Shown here: piece after piece, positions 18,666 to 29,011 of the stretch
Numbering within the stretch: position 1 is the first letter of the stretch
Layout of the letters: the number at the start of each line of letters is the position of its first letter
Assembly: GCA_965250285.1 (NCBI GenBank)
Contig: OZ252299.1
Location: forward strand, 704,001 to 768,000
Direction: 5' to 3'
Length of the DNA stretch: 64,000 nt
From: Myxococcota bacterium
GTDB taxonomy: Bacteria; Myxococcota_A; UBA9160; UBA4427
Position numbers and translations under genes: made by a program
Notes under the pieces: generated by a model
What the model saw: the letters and a program-made list of their open reading frames with translations, nothing else
Told to the model about the DNA's origin: nothing
Database searches by the model: none

Positions 18666-20450
18666 ATGAGTGCGCGACCGAATCTCGAGCTGGCCGTGGT
18701 CGGCAACTGCACCTGGGCCGGCCTCGTCGACGAGCGAGCGCGTCTCGTCTGGGGCTGTCTGCCGAGGTTCGATTCCGACCCCGTGTTCTGCTCGCTGCTG
18801 TCGGGCGATGAACCCGACCGCGGCGTGTTCGCCGTCGAGATCGAAGACTTCGAGCGCAGTGAGCAGCGCTACGACGGCAACACCGCGATCGTCGTGACGA
18901 CGCTCTACGACAGTCGAGGCAGCGCCGTCCGCATCACCGACTTCGCGCCCCGCTTCGCGAATCTGGGGCGCATGTACCGGCCGACGATGATGATGCGCCG
19001 GGTCGAGCCGATCGCGGGCGATCCGAAGGTGAGGGTCGTGCTCACGCCGTGTTCGGGGTACGGCGGCGGCGAGCCTGAGACGACCATCGGCTCGAACCAT
19101 ATGCGGTTCATCGGGCCCGATATCACGCTGCGTCTCACGACGGACGCACCTCTTTCGTACGTCATCGACTCGACGCCGTTCCTACTCACGGGCCCCCTGC
19201 ACATGGTGCTCGGCCCGGACGAGACCTTCCCCGGCGACGTCGAGCGCATCGTGCGCGAGTTCGAAGACAAGACCCGCGAGCACTGGACCGAATGGGTGCG
19301 CACGCTCTCGATCCCGTTCGAATGGCAGCGCGAGGTCATTCGAGCCGCGATCACGCTGCAGCTCTGCTTCTTCGAAGACACCGGTGCGATCGTCGCGGCG
19401 CTCACGACGTCGATCCCCGAGGCGCCCGGCAGCGAACGAAACTGGGACTACCGGTTCTGCTGGATCCGCGATGCCTACTTCGTGATCCACGCCCTGAATC
19501 GACTCGGCGCCACGAAGACGATGGAGAGCTACCTCGGCTATCTCTCGAACCTCGTGGCGAGCGTCGACGGCCGATTGCAGCCGGTCTACGGGATCGGTCG
19601 CGAGGCCGAGTTGGTCGAGCGCTTCGCCGAGGGTCTCCCCGGCTATCGGGGCATGGGGCCCGTGCGCGTCGGCAACCAGGCCTACACGCACATCCAGAAC
19701 GACGTGTATGGCTCGGCGGTCCTGGCCGCGACGCAGATCTTCTTCGATGAGCGGCTGCTGAGGAGCGGGGGCGACCGCCTCTTCGAGCTGCTCGAAGCGC
19801 TCGGTTCACACGCCGTCGCCCTTGCGGCCGAGCCGGATGCCGGCCTGTGGGAGCTTCGGAACCGAGCGAGCGTGCATACGTTCTCGGCCGTGATGTGCTG
19901 GGCTGCGTGCGACCGACTGTCTCGGATCGCCGTGCGGCTCGGCCGCAGTGATCGCGGCCGGCACTGGCGCGAAGAGGCCGATCGGATCCGCGCTGTCATC
20001 GACGAGAAGGCGATGACGAAGGAGGGGGCGTACGCAGCGACGTTCGGAGGCGACGAGACGGATGCTTCGCTTCTGCTGCTCGAGTCGCTCGGGTTCGTCG
20101 ACGCGGCGGACTCTCGATTTCGCGAAACGCTCGCCCAGGTCGAACGAGATCTGCGGCGTGGTTCGTACCTGTACCGGTACGCCGTGGCGGACGACTTCGG
20201 CGTGCCGGAGGTCGCCTTCAACGTCTGCACGTTCTGGTACGTCGATGCCCTGGCCGCGAGTGGTCGCGTGGACGAAGCGCGCGAGCTCTTCGAGAACATG
20301 CTCTCGAAATGCAACTCGGTGGGGCTGCTGTCGGAAGACCTCCAGGTCGAATCGGGGGAGCTCTGGGGGAACTTTCCACAGACCTACTCGATGGTCGGGC
20401 TCATCAACTCGGCGATGCGCCTATCGCGGAGTTGGGAGGAGGCGTTCTGA
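18666..20450 (+). CDS. Glycoside hydrolase family 15 (trehalase/glucoamylase-like)
   Basis: GCLPRFDS, AALTTSIPE, RNWDYRFCWIRD, GLWELR, LWGNFPQTYS. Start placed at ATG 18666. Confidence 0.92.
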   Translation: MSARPNLELAVVGNCTWAGLVDERARLVWGCLPRFDSDPVFCSLLSGDEPDRGVFAVEIEDFERSEQRYDGNTAIVVTTLYDSRGSAVRITDFAPRFANLGRMYRPTMMMRRVEPIAGDPKVRVVLTPCSGYGGGEPETTIGSNHMRFIGPDITLRLTTDAPLSYVIDSTPFLLTGPLHMVLGPDETFPGDVERIVREFEDKTREHWTEWVRTLSIPFEWQREVIRAAITLQLCFFEDTGAIVAALTTSIPEAPGSERNWDYRFCWIRDAYFVIHALNRLGATKTMESYLGYLSNLVASVDGRLQPVYGIGREAELVERFAEGLPGYRGMGPVRVGNQAYTHIQNDVYGSAVLAATQIFFDERLLRSGGDRLFELLEALGSHAVALAAEPDAGLWELRNRASVHTFSAVMCWAACDRLSRIAVRLGRSDRGRHWREEADRIRAVIDEKAMTKEGAYAATFGGDETDASLLLLESLGFVDAADSRFRETLAQVERDLRRGSYLYRYAVADDFGVPEVAFNVCTFWYVDALAASGRVDEARELFENMLSKCNSVGLLSEDLQVESGELWGNFPQTYSMVGLINSAMRLSRSWEEAF

Positions 20451-20548
20451 CGGGATGGCGCAGACACACGTCGGCGCGTGGGGCCTTCGCGCGTCGCCGA
20501 TGAAGTGGGCCCCGTCATGAATCTGAGACTCACTCGGACACCGCGGGC

Positions 20549-21502
20549 GTGAGCGAGCGCGATGGGTCGGATCGGCCGGCGCGCGATCCTGATTCGTCGC
20601 GGCCCCCGACCGACGTGCGTTCCGACTCGAGCTTCGCCGGCGCCGGACTCGCACTCGTCGGCGGCCTGCTCATGGGCGGCGTCGGTGTGGCCGGCAAGTT
20701 CGGCGCCCAGGCCGGTCTTTCCCCGTTCCAGCTTCTCGCAGCCCAGGTCGCTCTGCTCGCGCCGCTCGCGGGTGTTGTGCTCGCGCGCCGTTCGGGCGCC
20801 GCGGGCTTCGTTCCGGTTCGGCCTTCGATGCTCGTCGTTCGAACCGTGTCGGGCTTCACGTACTTCGTGAGCTTCTACTGGGCGCTCCAGGGCATCCCCG
20901 TGGCCGACGCGCTGGTGCTCGAGAGCACCAACCCGTTCTTCTCGATGTGCATCGCTCGCGTGCTGCTCGGTCAGCGGGTGGATCGAGGCTCGATCGCCAT
21001 GGCCGTGATCGCGTTCGCCGGGGTCTGTCTGATCCTGATCCACCACGACGTTCAGGGGCTGTTCAATCCGTACTCGCTGCTCGCCCTCTTCGCGGGCTTC
21101 GCGCGGGCAGCCGGGAGCGTGTCGACCGGGCTGGCGGGAGAGACCGAGCCGCCCGAGCGCATCATGTTCTTCTATGCAGCGGGCATGTTCTTGCTGTGTG
21201 TCGCCGTACTGCCGTGGCAGTGGACGCCCATTTCAGGAACGCACACGTGGTTGATCCTGGCCGCCCCGGCGCTGCTCTTCGTGCCGCAGAATCTCGCCTA
21301 CACCATCGCCAATCGGCGGGCTCCGGCCTATCTCGTCGGCGCGCTCTTCTACAGCGCCATCCTCGTGGGCGTCGCCGCCGATCGACTGCTGTGGCACTCG
21401 ACGATTGGCCCGCGCGGACTGATCGGCATGGCTCTCACGGTCGGTGCCGGCCTCGGCCTCGCCTGGCTCCGCGCGCGGCGCAGCGGATCGTTCCCAGGCT
21501 GA
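20549..21502 (+). CDS. DMT/EamA family transporter
   Basis: About 10 TM in two repeats, VLLGQRV motif. Confidence 0.85.
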   Translation: MSERDGSDRPARDPDSSRPPTDVRSDSSFAGAGLALVGGLLMGGVGVAGKFGAQAGLSPFQLLAAQVALLAPLAGVVLARRSGAAGFVPVRPSMLVVRTVSGFTYFVSFYWALQGIPVADALVLESTNPFFSMCIARVLLGQRVDRGSIAMAVIAFAGVCLILIHHDVQGLFNPYSLLALFAGFARAAGSVSTGLAGETEPPERIMFFYAAGMFLLCVAVLPWQWTPISGTHTWLILAAPALLFVPQNLAYTIANRRAPAYLVGALFYSAILVGVAADRLLWHSTIGPRGLIGMALTVGAGLGLAWLRARRSGSFPG

Positions 21503-21574
21503 GCGATGTCCTCCGTGTCGACGTGACGGTCAGGCGAGTGTCTTTGCCCTCGTTTGAGTGACACATCCGCGCGA

Positions 21575-21586
21575 CCCCCCCCCCCC
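21575..21586. repeat. C12 homopolymer upstream of amine oxidase
   Basis: Twelve consecutive C in the intergenic region. Confidence 0.9.
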
Positions 21587-21691
21587 GAGTCAACTGACGG
21601 TGCTGCGAGCGATTCGCGTCGAGTGTTCAACTTGCTTGCGATCTTCTTCGCGATCGGATCATGATGAGCGCCGACACGGGAGGGCGTCGCA

Positions 21692-23284
21692 ATGACCATC
21701 GAACAGTCGAAACAAGATGCTTCGAAGCCGAAGAAGGTGGGTGATCTCGACGTGACGGGCGTGCGCCCGGGCGGGGTGACTCGACGTTCGCTGCTGACCG
21801 GGGTGGGTGCGCTGGGCGCGCTCGGTGCCACCGCGGCGCTGGCCGGACCGGCACGCGCGACCGAAACGGCGCTGTGTCGGCCAGCCGACGAATCGGTCGA
21901 CGTCTGTGTCATCGGTGGCGGGTTCGCTGGGTTGACCGCAGCCCGCGATGCCGTCGCGCGAGGGGCGTCGGCGCTGGTGCTCGAAGCGCGCGATCGCGTC
22001 GGCGGCCGCACGCTGAACGGCTCGCTCAGCACCGGCGAAGACATCGAAGAGGGTGGTCAATGGGTCGGGCCCGGGCAGGATGCGGTGCTCGAGCTCGCAC
22101 GCGAGGTCGGTGTTTCGACCTTCGACACGTACAACACCGGCGACAACCTGCTCGAGTACAAGGGCTCGATCTCGACGTATCCCGCACAGCCCGGCATTCC
22201 CCCTGTCGGCATCCGTGACTTCATCGAGTTCTATGTCGCGCTTCAGAAGCTCAACGCGCTCGCGGCTCGAGTCGGTTCCGAGGCACCGTGGGATTCGCGT
22301 CTCGGACGTCGCTTCGACCGCATGACGGTGCGTGAATGGGAAGACGAAGCCATGACGACCGACGGGGCCCGCTTCTTGTTCGACGTCACGTTTCGGACCG
22401 TCTTGACGGTCGAGCCGTGGGAAGTCTCGTTCCTGTTCTTCCTGGCCTTCGTCGAGGCGGGGGGCGGCTATGGCAACCACATCACGATCACCGGAGGAGC
22501 TCAGGAGTCGCGATTCGTCGGGGGCTCGCAGCTGATTCCGATCAGAGTGGCCGAAGAGCTGCCAGAGGGCACCGTCCGCCTCAACGAGACCGTCACACGA
22601 CTCGAACAATGCGAGGGCGGTGTTCGCGTGCACTCGGGTGGGCGAACCGTGCTCGCCGAGCATGTCGTCTGCGCGCTGCCACCGACGTTGGCCGGTCGGA
22701 TCCAATACGATCCGATCCTGCCGGCTCGGCGTGATCAGCTCACGCAACGGATGCCCCAGGGCAGCGTGGTCAAGGTCAACGTCGAATACGAAACGCCCTT
22801 CTGGCGCGCGGCTGGCCTATCGGGGCAGTTCATCCGCGACCGTGGGTTCGCGACGGCTTGCTTCGACAACTCACCGCCGTCGGCCGATGTCGGGGTTCTC
22901 GTCGTCTTCGTCGCAGGGGACGCAGCGCGCCAGTTCCAGCAGCTGCCCGCGGCGGTCCGGCGGCGAAGGATCTTGCGGACGCTTGCACGGTTCTTCGGTG
23001 GACAGGCCGAACGGCCCACTTCCTACATCGAGAAGAACTGGTCGGACGAGGAGTTCACCCGCGGCTGCTACACGGCGATCGTTCCGCCGGGCGGCGTGGT
23101 GCCTTTCGGTCCCGCGCTGCGCGAACCGATCGACCGCATTCACTGGGCGGGGACCGAGACGGCCGACAAATGGTTCGGCTACATGGATGGCGCCGTGCGG
23201 TCGGGTCGCCGCGCGATCGCCGAGATCGTCGGCGACGACCGCGCCTACGCGGTGAAGTCGCAGGCCAAGCAGTCCCTCGTCTGA
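21692..23284 (+). CDS. Tat-exported flavin monoamine oxidase family protein
   Basis: TRRSLL Tat motif, VIGGGFAGL...LEARDRVGGR, GGQWVG, IHWAGTETA...GYMDGAVRSG. Confidence 0.92.
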   Translation: MTIEQSKQDASKPKKVGDLDVTGVRPGGVTRRSLLTGVGALGALGATAALAGPARATETALCRPADESVDVCVIGGGFAGLTAARDAVARGASALVLEARDRVGGRTLNGSLSTGEDIEEGGQWVGPGQDAVLELAREVGVSTFDTYNTGDNLLEYKGSISTYPAQPGIPPVGIRDFIEFYVALQKLNALAARVGSEAPWDSRLGRRFDRMTVREWEDEAMTTDGARFLFDVTFRTVLTVEPWEVSFLFFLAFVEAGGGYGNHITITGGAQESRFVGGSQLIPIRVAEELPEGTVRLNETVTRLEQCEGGVRVHSGGRTVLAEHVVCALPPTLAGRIQYDPILPARRDQLTQRMPQGSVVKVNVEYETPFWRAAGLSGQFIRDRGFATACFDNSPPSADVGVLVVFVAGDAARQFQQLPAAVRRRRILRTLARFFGGQAERPTSYIEKNWSDEEFTRGCYTAIVPPGGVVPFGPALREPIDRIHWAGTETADKWFGYMDGAVRSGRRAIAEIVGDDRAYAVKSQAKQSLV

Positions 23285-23434
23285 GAGCTCGAGCCGCGAG
23301 TCGGAACCGCGCTTCTCCGAGCCGTGAGCAGCGTCGCTTGAGGTGCACTCTCGGCCCTCGAACGTCGCTACCGGGGTCGATGTGCCGGCATCCGAGATCA
23401 GCGGCTGCATCGAGACCGCTCGAGAGGGTGAGGC

Positions 23435-24514
23435 ATGTTCGGGGCGCCGCGCGCGTCAGCTCGGATCGCGTTGATCGTGGCGTTGTCGTTCTCCGTGGGC
23501 TGCGGCGCGAACAGCCTGGCCGATCGAGGTGACGCCTACGTCGAGGCGGTCGCGAACGCGATCGGAGTGGCGCCGCCGACGATCGCGCCGCCGAAGCGCT
23601 CGACCGCGCTGCCCCGCCGGCGGGTGCGCCGCCTCGAGCCAACGGATCATCGCATCGGCATCCTCGATTTTCTCTCGATTCAGGGCTGTGAGCTCGGCGT
23701 GCTCGCGGCCGTGAAGACCAGCGCCATGGGTCGTCAGATGCCGTACTCGATGCGCCTCACCCACGAACTTGCCGTGCTCGAAGTGAGCGACGCGTGCATC
23801 GCCGAGCTCGACGACGAGGAGCTGCAGCTCGAACTCGAATCGATCGTGGCGTCGAAGCGCGCCGAACGCGGCGTGCACGTCTGGAACGCGCTCTGGGCGG
23901 GCGACGAGATCGAGGCGTATCTGACCCCGACGCCGAGAGTCGCGCTGGAGTCGTCGTCGGGCGACGGCGCGATGTCGGCGCTCGATCGGCTACGGATCGG
24001 TGTCGAAGGGATGCGCGAGCGCGAGGCCGATGGACGAGCCGTCGAAGACGCACTGACTCGACTCATGCGCGCGCGCTCGTTGGGGCGTGCGCTTCGCGAT
24101 CTCGACGTCGCCTCTGCCCGGCTCGATGCCGCGAGTGAGATGGTGTCGTCGGTCGACAGCGAAGCGTGCGGTCCCGTGCAGGCTCGACTCGTGGATGCAT
24201 TCAAGAGCACGTACCTCCAGTTCGTGCAGCAGCCGCTCGGCTTCGCCCACCGTCGCGTCGCCGACGAGCTGCCCGGCCTTCACGCGCTCGTGCTCATGTC
24301 GATGGACGCGCTCGACGCGGCGGGTCGACCCACGCCCGCCCCGATGCGCGTGTGGTTCGAGACCGTGCTCGACCCCGATGCGCCCGACGCGGTCTGGCCG
24401 ACCTACCAGGGCGCGCTTCGACGCCATGTCGCGGCCTGGGCGCCGGTGCTGAGCGTGTGTGGTGAGCTTGCGACGTCGAGCGCGGCCGATTCCGCCGATC
24501 GGGAGCCTCGGTGA
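23435..24514 (+). CDS. Putative lipoprotein, DUF3080-like
   Basis: Lipobox SVGC. ILDFLSIQGCELGVLAAVKTSAMGRQ resembles DUF3080 from memory. Confidence 0.65.
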   Translation: MFGAPRASARIALIVALSFSVGCGANSLADRGDAYVEAVANAIGVAPPTIAPPKRSTALPRRRVRRLEPTDHRIGILDFLSIQGCELGVLAAVKTSAMGRQMPYSMRLTHELAVLEVSDACIAELDDEELQLELESIVASKRAERGVHVWNALWAGDEIEAYLTPTPRVALESSSGDGAMSALDRLRIGVEGMREREADGRAVEDALTRLMRARSLGRALRDLDVASARLDAASEMVSSVDSEACGPVQARLVDAFKSTYLQFVQQPLGFAHRRVADELPGLHALVLMSMDALDAAGRPTPAPMRVWFETVLDPDAPDAVWPTYQGALRRHVAAWAPVLSVCGELATSSAADSADREPR

Positions 24515-24618
24515 ATCGGAGCGCGATCGTTCGGTGAACCGGGCATCTCCGACACCGCGGTACCAACGGCCATGACGAATCGTATGCAGGCGCCGCGCAG
24601 GCGGCGCCGCGTGTCTGG

Positions 24619-27600
24619 ATGCCGACGATCACGCCGTCAAGTGTCGTCTGGTTATCACCCGGTGCGACGACGAATCGAGTAGAATCGGGGATCGTGGAGA
24701 GCACGAACGCCCCGCTGCGAGTCCGGAGCACGGCCCCCCTCGTCAATCGACAGCGCGAGTTCGCCTGGCTGACGGCGCACTGCGATGCCGCGGAGCGGGG
24801 TGTGCCCGGCGTGTGCCTGCTGCATGGGGACGCGGGGATCGGCAAGTCGCGTCTCGTTCGTGAGTTGGCCGCGCGTTCGCACGGGCGGTCGGCGCACGTC
24901 GGCATCGGTCGGGGGCACGAGTATCTCTCCGCACCCTATCTGCCGCTCGCCGAAGCCCTTCGCGAAGGGCCGGCCGCGGCCGCCGGGGCGCTGCTTCGGC
25001 CCGACCGGGTGTCTGCACCGAATCGCGCGGAGCGCGATGGCGAAGAAGAGCACGCGCGGGTGCAGCTCTTCACCTCGGTGGCCGCTGCGCTGATCGATGC
25101 CGCGGCCGAGCAACCGCTCGTGATCGTGCTCGAAGATCTGCACTGGGCCGACCCCTCGACGCTCGACCTGCTCGGGCATCTCGTGTTCGCTGCGGCCGAT
25201 GCGTCGGGCCTGCGCCCGGTCCATCTGCTCCTCGTGCTCACGTACCGCAGCAGCGAGCTGAGTGAGCGCTTGCGTCCCGGTCTGTCTCGAATCGCGCGCG
25301 AAGCCGTGAGCGAGAGCCTCGAGCTCGAAGGGCTCGACCAGGGGGACACCTCGCGACTGGTGGAGGCCCACGGCGTCGGGGTCGCTTCTCACCAGCTGGT
25401 CTCGGCCATTCAACGCGCGACCGAGGGCAATCCACTCTTCGTGGGCGAAGTGCTGCGCGAACTGGTGGCGGACGGTGGGGTGCAGCAGGTCGAGCGGTAT
25501 GCCGCGGTCACGCGCGAGCCCCAACTCCAGCTTCCCGCAGACGTGTCGAGCGCGATCTCGCGGCGGCTCACGACGCAGTCGTCCGAAGTGCGGCGAATGC
25601 TCGAACGCGCCGCCGTGATCGGCGAGTTGGTCGACGAGGCGTTGCTGCGGGCCACGGCGTCCGAAGAAGAGGGGGTGCTCGAGTCGGCGCTGCGCGAGGC
25701 GATCGACACGGGTTTTCTCGAGCGCGACGGGCGCACCTTGCGGTTCCAGCACGGGTTGCAGCGACGCGTCGTGCTCGAAGAGGCGGCCGCCGATCGCGTC
25801 GAGAAGCTGCATCGTCTGGTGGCCGAAGAGCTCGAATCTCGTCCGGTCGGCCACGATGATCCAGGGTTGGGCGTGGCGATCGCCGAGCATCTGTTTCGGG
25901 CGGGCACGCTGGCCCCTGTCGAGCAGCGCGTGCGTGCAGCGCGCCGCGCCGCCGACGACGCGGCGCGTGTCTTCGCGTGGGGCGAATCGGGTCGCTGGTA
26001 CGCCGCGGCCGCCGATGCGGCGCGCGGGATCCTCTCCGAGACCGAGGTGGCCGATCTCGACTACTCGGCGGGCCTCTCCTTCAACCACGACTGGGATGCC
26101 GGCCCGTGCCTCGCGCACTACGACCGTGCGCACGAGGCGTACGCACGGCGCCAGGATGCGCCCGGCATTGCACGCACGTTGAATCATCGTCTTCGCGCCA
26201 CGTTCACGTTCGGCGGGGCGTCCTACGGTGAGTCACTCGACCTCGAGCCGCTTCGCGAGGCCGTGGCTTCGCTCGGCGAGGGGGCGCCGGTCTTGCGAGG
26301 GATGGCCATGGCCACTCTCGCCGAGGCGCACTGGACGGCCCGCGAGACCGAAGCGTCGGTTCGGATGGCCGAGGCGGCGCTCGAGCTCGGCCGGCGTGAA
26401 GGCGACGCGCACTTGTCGCGCAATGCCAGCGTCGCGCTCGGTCTCGCTCGCGTGCAGCAGATGGACCTCGCGGGGGCCGTGCAGGCCTTTCTGGCCTCGC
26501 GCAGTCACGCCCGAACCGCGCGGGACCCCTGGCTGGCCATCGCGCCGATGGTGCGTGCGACGACGGCGCAGATTCAGCTGGGTCGGATCGCCGAGGCCGT
26601 CGCGGTCGGCGCCGAAGCACTCGCTGAAGGGCGTCGTATGCACGACGTGGCCGAGACCTCGATGTCGCTGTGCGATCACGCTCTACTCGCCGTGCTGCGG
26701 GGTCGCTTCAGTGAGGCCGAAGCCGTGGTGCGCGAGGCGATGATGCTGTCGTATCGCGCGCAGTACCCGTGGAGCGGCGTGCTCGGCCTCGCGACGCTCG
26801 CGGCTGCGCGGTGGCTGCGCGGGGAGACACTCGAGGCGGAGGACGCGCTGTCGGCGCTCGCCGAGCCCGGAGGCGCCTTCGAGGATCCGAGCCCGGCGAT
26901 CCTGATTCTGGTCGAGGTCTATCGCACGCTGCTGCGTCTCGGGCACAGGAGCATCGACGATGACGAGCGGGCTCGTCTCGGCGGACTGGCTCGCGCACTC
27001 GGCCTCGTCGGCCCCGACGCGAACGCGATCGGACCCCACTGCGCGATGGTCGAGATCGCCGCGTACTACCGGCTGCCGGAGCTCGTCGAGGTCGCGCGCC
27101 CGTTCCTCGAGCTGGCGGTCGAGCGCGGCGTCGTCTTCAGCAGCGGCTGGCCTTTCAGCGTCGAGCGTTCTCTGGCGCTCGCCGAGCGCCTCGTCGGGGA
27201 CGACGCGGGGGCCGAGCGTCATCTACGCCACGCCGCTTCGGAGATGGATCGCCTCGATGCGCGCCCCGAGCTCGGACGCAGTCTGGTCTCGCTGGCCGGT
27301 CTGTTGCTCGACCGTGGCGATGACGCGGGTCGGGCCGAGGCGCAGGTTCTGTGCGATCGCGCGCTCGCGCTGTTCGAATCGCTCGCGATGCCGACGCTCG
27401 CTGAAGAGGTGCTCGTGCTCGCGAAGGACGCCGAGCTCGACGTCTCGCCCGCTCCGTCGGCGCCGCGCTCGCCCGCGATCGATGCCGGGGACGTCGCGCG
27501 TCGAATGGCTCGCGGCGAAGACTTGAGCCGCATTGCCGGCAGCCTCATCCTGAGCCCGCGCTCGGCCAACGAGCATCTGCTTCGGGCGTTCACACCGCGG

Positions 27601-28179
27601 CCCGAGTCGGCGCGTGGCTTCACGCCGGCGGGGGTGCTCGCGAAGCTCGACGACACCGCGGCGGTCTCGCCCCGGGTGCTGACGATTCTGATCACCGACA
27701 TCGTCGGCTTTACTCCCCTGATCCACGGCCTGGGCGACGAGGTTGGGCACGCCGTCATCAAGGCGCACAACCGCATCGTGCGGGAGTGCTTGACGCGCCG
27801 AGACGGCGTCGAAGTGGCCCACACGGGCGATGGCTTGATGGTGTCGTTCGAGGCGCCTTCGAACGCGCTGCGCTGTGCGACCGAGATCCACCGCGCGTTC
27901 GCGGCGTATACCGCCGAGCACCCGGAGGCGCCCGTGCGCGTGCGCATTGGCATCCACCTGGGAGAAACGCGATCCGAAGAGCATCGTCTCTTCGGCACCG
28001 CGGTGAACATGGCCGCCCGCGTCTGCGCCTGCGCCGAAGCAGAAGAGATCATCGTGTCGAAGGCCGTGCGTGACGTCAACGAAGAACGCACTCGACGATT
28101 CGAGTCACGCGGAGAGGTCGAGCTGAAGGGCCTGCCCGGCCGCTACGAGCTCTTCGAGATGAAGTGGCGCAGCGATTGA
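24619..28179 (+). CDS. STAND (AAA_16) ATPase with TPR-like region, degenerate LuxR-type HTH and C-terminal class III nucleotide cyclase
   Basis: GDAGIGKS, VLEDLHWAD, EGNPLFV, ITDIVGFT...HTGDG...VNMAARV, ELKG. True start may be GTG near 24694. Confidence 0.88.
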   Translation: MPTITPSSVVWLSPGATTNRVESGIVESTNAPLRVRSTAPLVNRQREFAWLTAHCDAAERGVPGVCLLHGDAGIGKSRLVRELAARSHGRSAHVGIGRGHEYLSAPYLPLAEALREGPAAAAGALLRPDRVSAPNRAERDGEEEHARVQLFTSVAAALIDAAAEQPLVIVLEDLHWADPSTLDLLGHLVFAAADASGLRPVHLLLVLTYRSSELSERLRPGLSRIAREAVSESLELEGLDQGDTSRLVEAHGVGVASHQLVSAIQRATEGNPLFVGEVLRELVADGGVQQVERYAAVTREPQLQLPADVSSAISRRLTTQSSEVRRMLERAAVIGELVDEALLRATASEEEGVLESALREAIDTGFLERDGRTLRFQHGLQRRVVLEEAAADRVEKLHRLVAEELESRPVGHDDPGLGVAIAEHLFRAGTLAPVEQRVRAARRAADDAARVFAWGESGRWYAAAADAARGILSETEVADLDYSAGLSFNHDWDAGPCLAHYDRAHEAYARRQDAPGIARTLNHRLRATFTFGGASYGESLDLEPLREAVASLGEGAPVLRGMAMATLAEAHWTARETEASVRMAEAALELGRREGDAHLSRNASVALGLARVQQMDLAGAVQAFLASRSHARTARDPWLAIAPMVRATTAQIQLGRIAEAVAVGAEALAEGRRMHDVAETSMSLCDHALLAVLRGRFSEAEAVVREAMMLSYRAQYPWSGVLGLATLAAARWLRGETLEAEDALSALAEPGGAFEDPSPAILILVEVYRTLLRLGHRSIDDDERARLGGLARALGLVGPDANAIGPHCAMVEIAAYYRLPELVEVARPFLELAVERGVVFSSGWPFSVERSLALAERLVGDDAGAERHLRHAASEMDRLDARPELGRSLVSLAGLLLDRGDDAGRAEAQVLCDRALALFESLAMPTLAEEVLVLAKDAELDVSPAPSAPRSPAIDAGDVARRMARGEDLSRIAGSLILSPRSANEHLLRAFTPRPESARGFTPAGVLAKLDDTAAVSPRVLTILITDIVGFTPLIHGLGDEVGHAVIKAHNRIVRECLTRRDGVEVAHTGDGLMVSFEAPSNALRCATEIHRAFAAYTAEHPEAPVRVRIGIHLGETRSEEHRLFGTAVNMAARVCACAEAEEIIVSKAVRDVNEERTRRFESRGEVELKGLPGRYELFEMKWRSD

Positions 28180-28209
28180 TGCAGCGAGAAACGATGCAGA
28201 GGAGAGTTC

Positions 28210-29007
28210 ATGCCGACCGGAATGCCTGGCAACACCATGCGCGGACACGTGATCAAGCAGATCGAGCGGGTGATCAACAACTGTGGCGAAGACGCGCTCA
28301 AGATCCTGATCGAGGATTTGAGCACGCAGAAACAACCGATGGTCAAGATCCTGACCAACACGTACGGGGGGCAACGCGCTCTCGATCCGAGTAAGGAGAT
28401 CGACAAGTTCAACAAGCGGCACCTGCGAGTCGACTGGTTCGGTCGCCACCGAAAGCGCGACCCGAAAGACAAGGACAAGAAGATACCGGTGCCTCCCCAG
28501 GACTGGCGGGGGCGCTGGTGGCGAGGCACGACGCGGCGCACGGGGTATCAGCCGATCGATCCGATCGTCCGATTGGGGCTATGGACGACCTGCAAGCTCA
28601 AGCTGAAGCTCCAGGGTGAGAGCGAAGACGCGGTGCCCATTCATATGGTCTGGATATGCGCCGGCCACCACTTCGAGGTCCACTCGCTGCCGCAGTACCT
28701 GGTGGACTCTGACGGCAAGCGAGGGGCTGCTCACGGCATCTCCGTCCTCATCGTGACGCCGCATGAGGGTCTACCCCTCGAAGACGCCGGGATGTCCGAG
28801 GTCGGTTCCGACGTCAGTGCCGACATCGACGACGAGATCTACATCGTCCGCGGAACCCTCGTCGAGGACGACGAATCGAGAGCGGGATACGCGAGAATCG
28901 AGAAGTGGGAGGGGAGCGACGCAGTCCCCACCTACTACGACGATGCGGTTACGAAGCTTCCCCCCGCAGCGCTCTACAACCCGTTGAAGCAGCAGGATCC
29001 GTTCTAG
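28210..29007 (+). CDS. Hypothetical protein, paralog A (WICAGHHFE family)
   Basis: RBS ggag, typical codon usage, clear homology to the convergent neighbour. Confidence 0.85.
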   Translation: MPTGMPGNTMRGHVIKQIERVINNCGEDALKILIEDLSTQKQPMVKILTNTYGGQRALDPSKEIDKFNKRHLRVDWFGRHRKRDPKDKDKKIPVPPQDWRGRWWRGTTRRTGYQPIDPIVRLGLWTTCKLKLKLQGESEDAVPIHMVWICAGHHFEVHSLPQYLVDSDGKRGAAHGISVLIVTPHEGLPLEDAGMSEVGSDVSADIDDEIYIVRGTLVEDDESRAGYARIEKWEGSDAVPTYYDDAVTKLPPAALYNPLKQQDPF

Positions 29008-29011
29008 TCGG

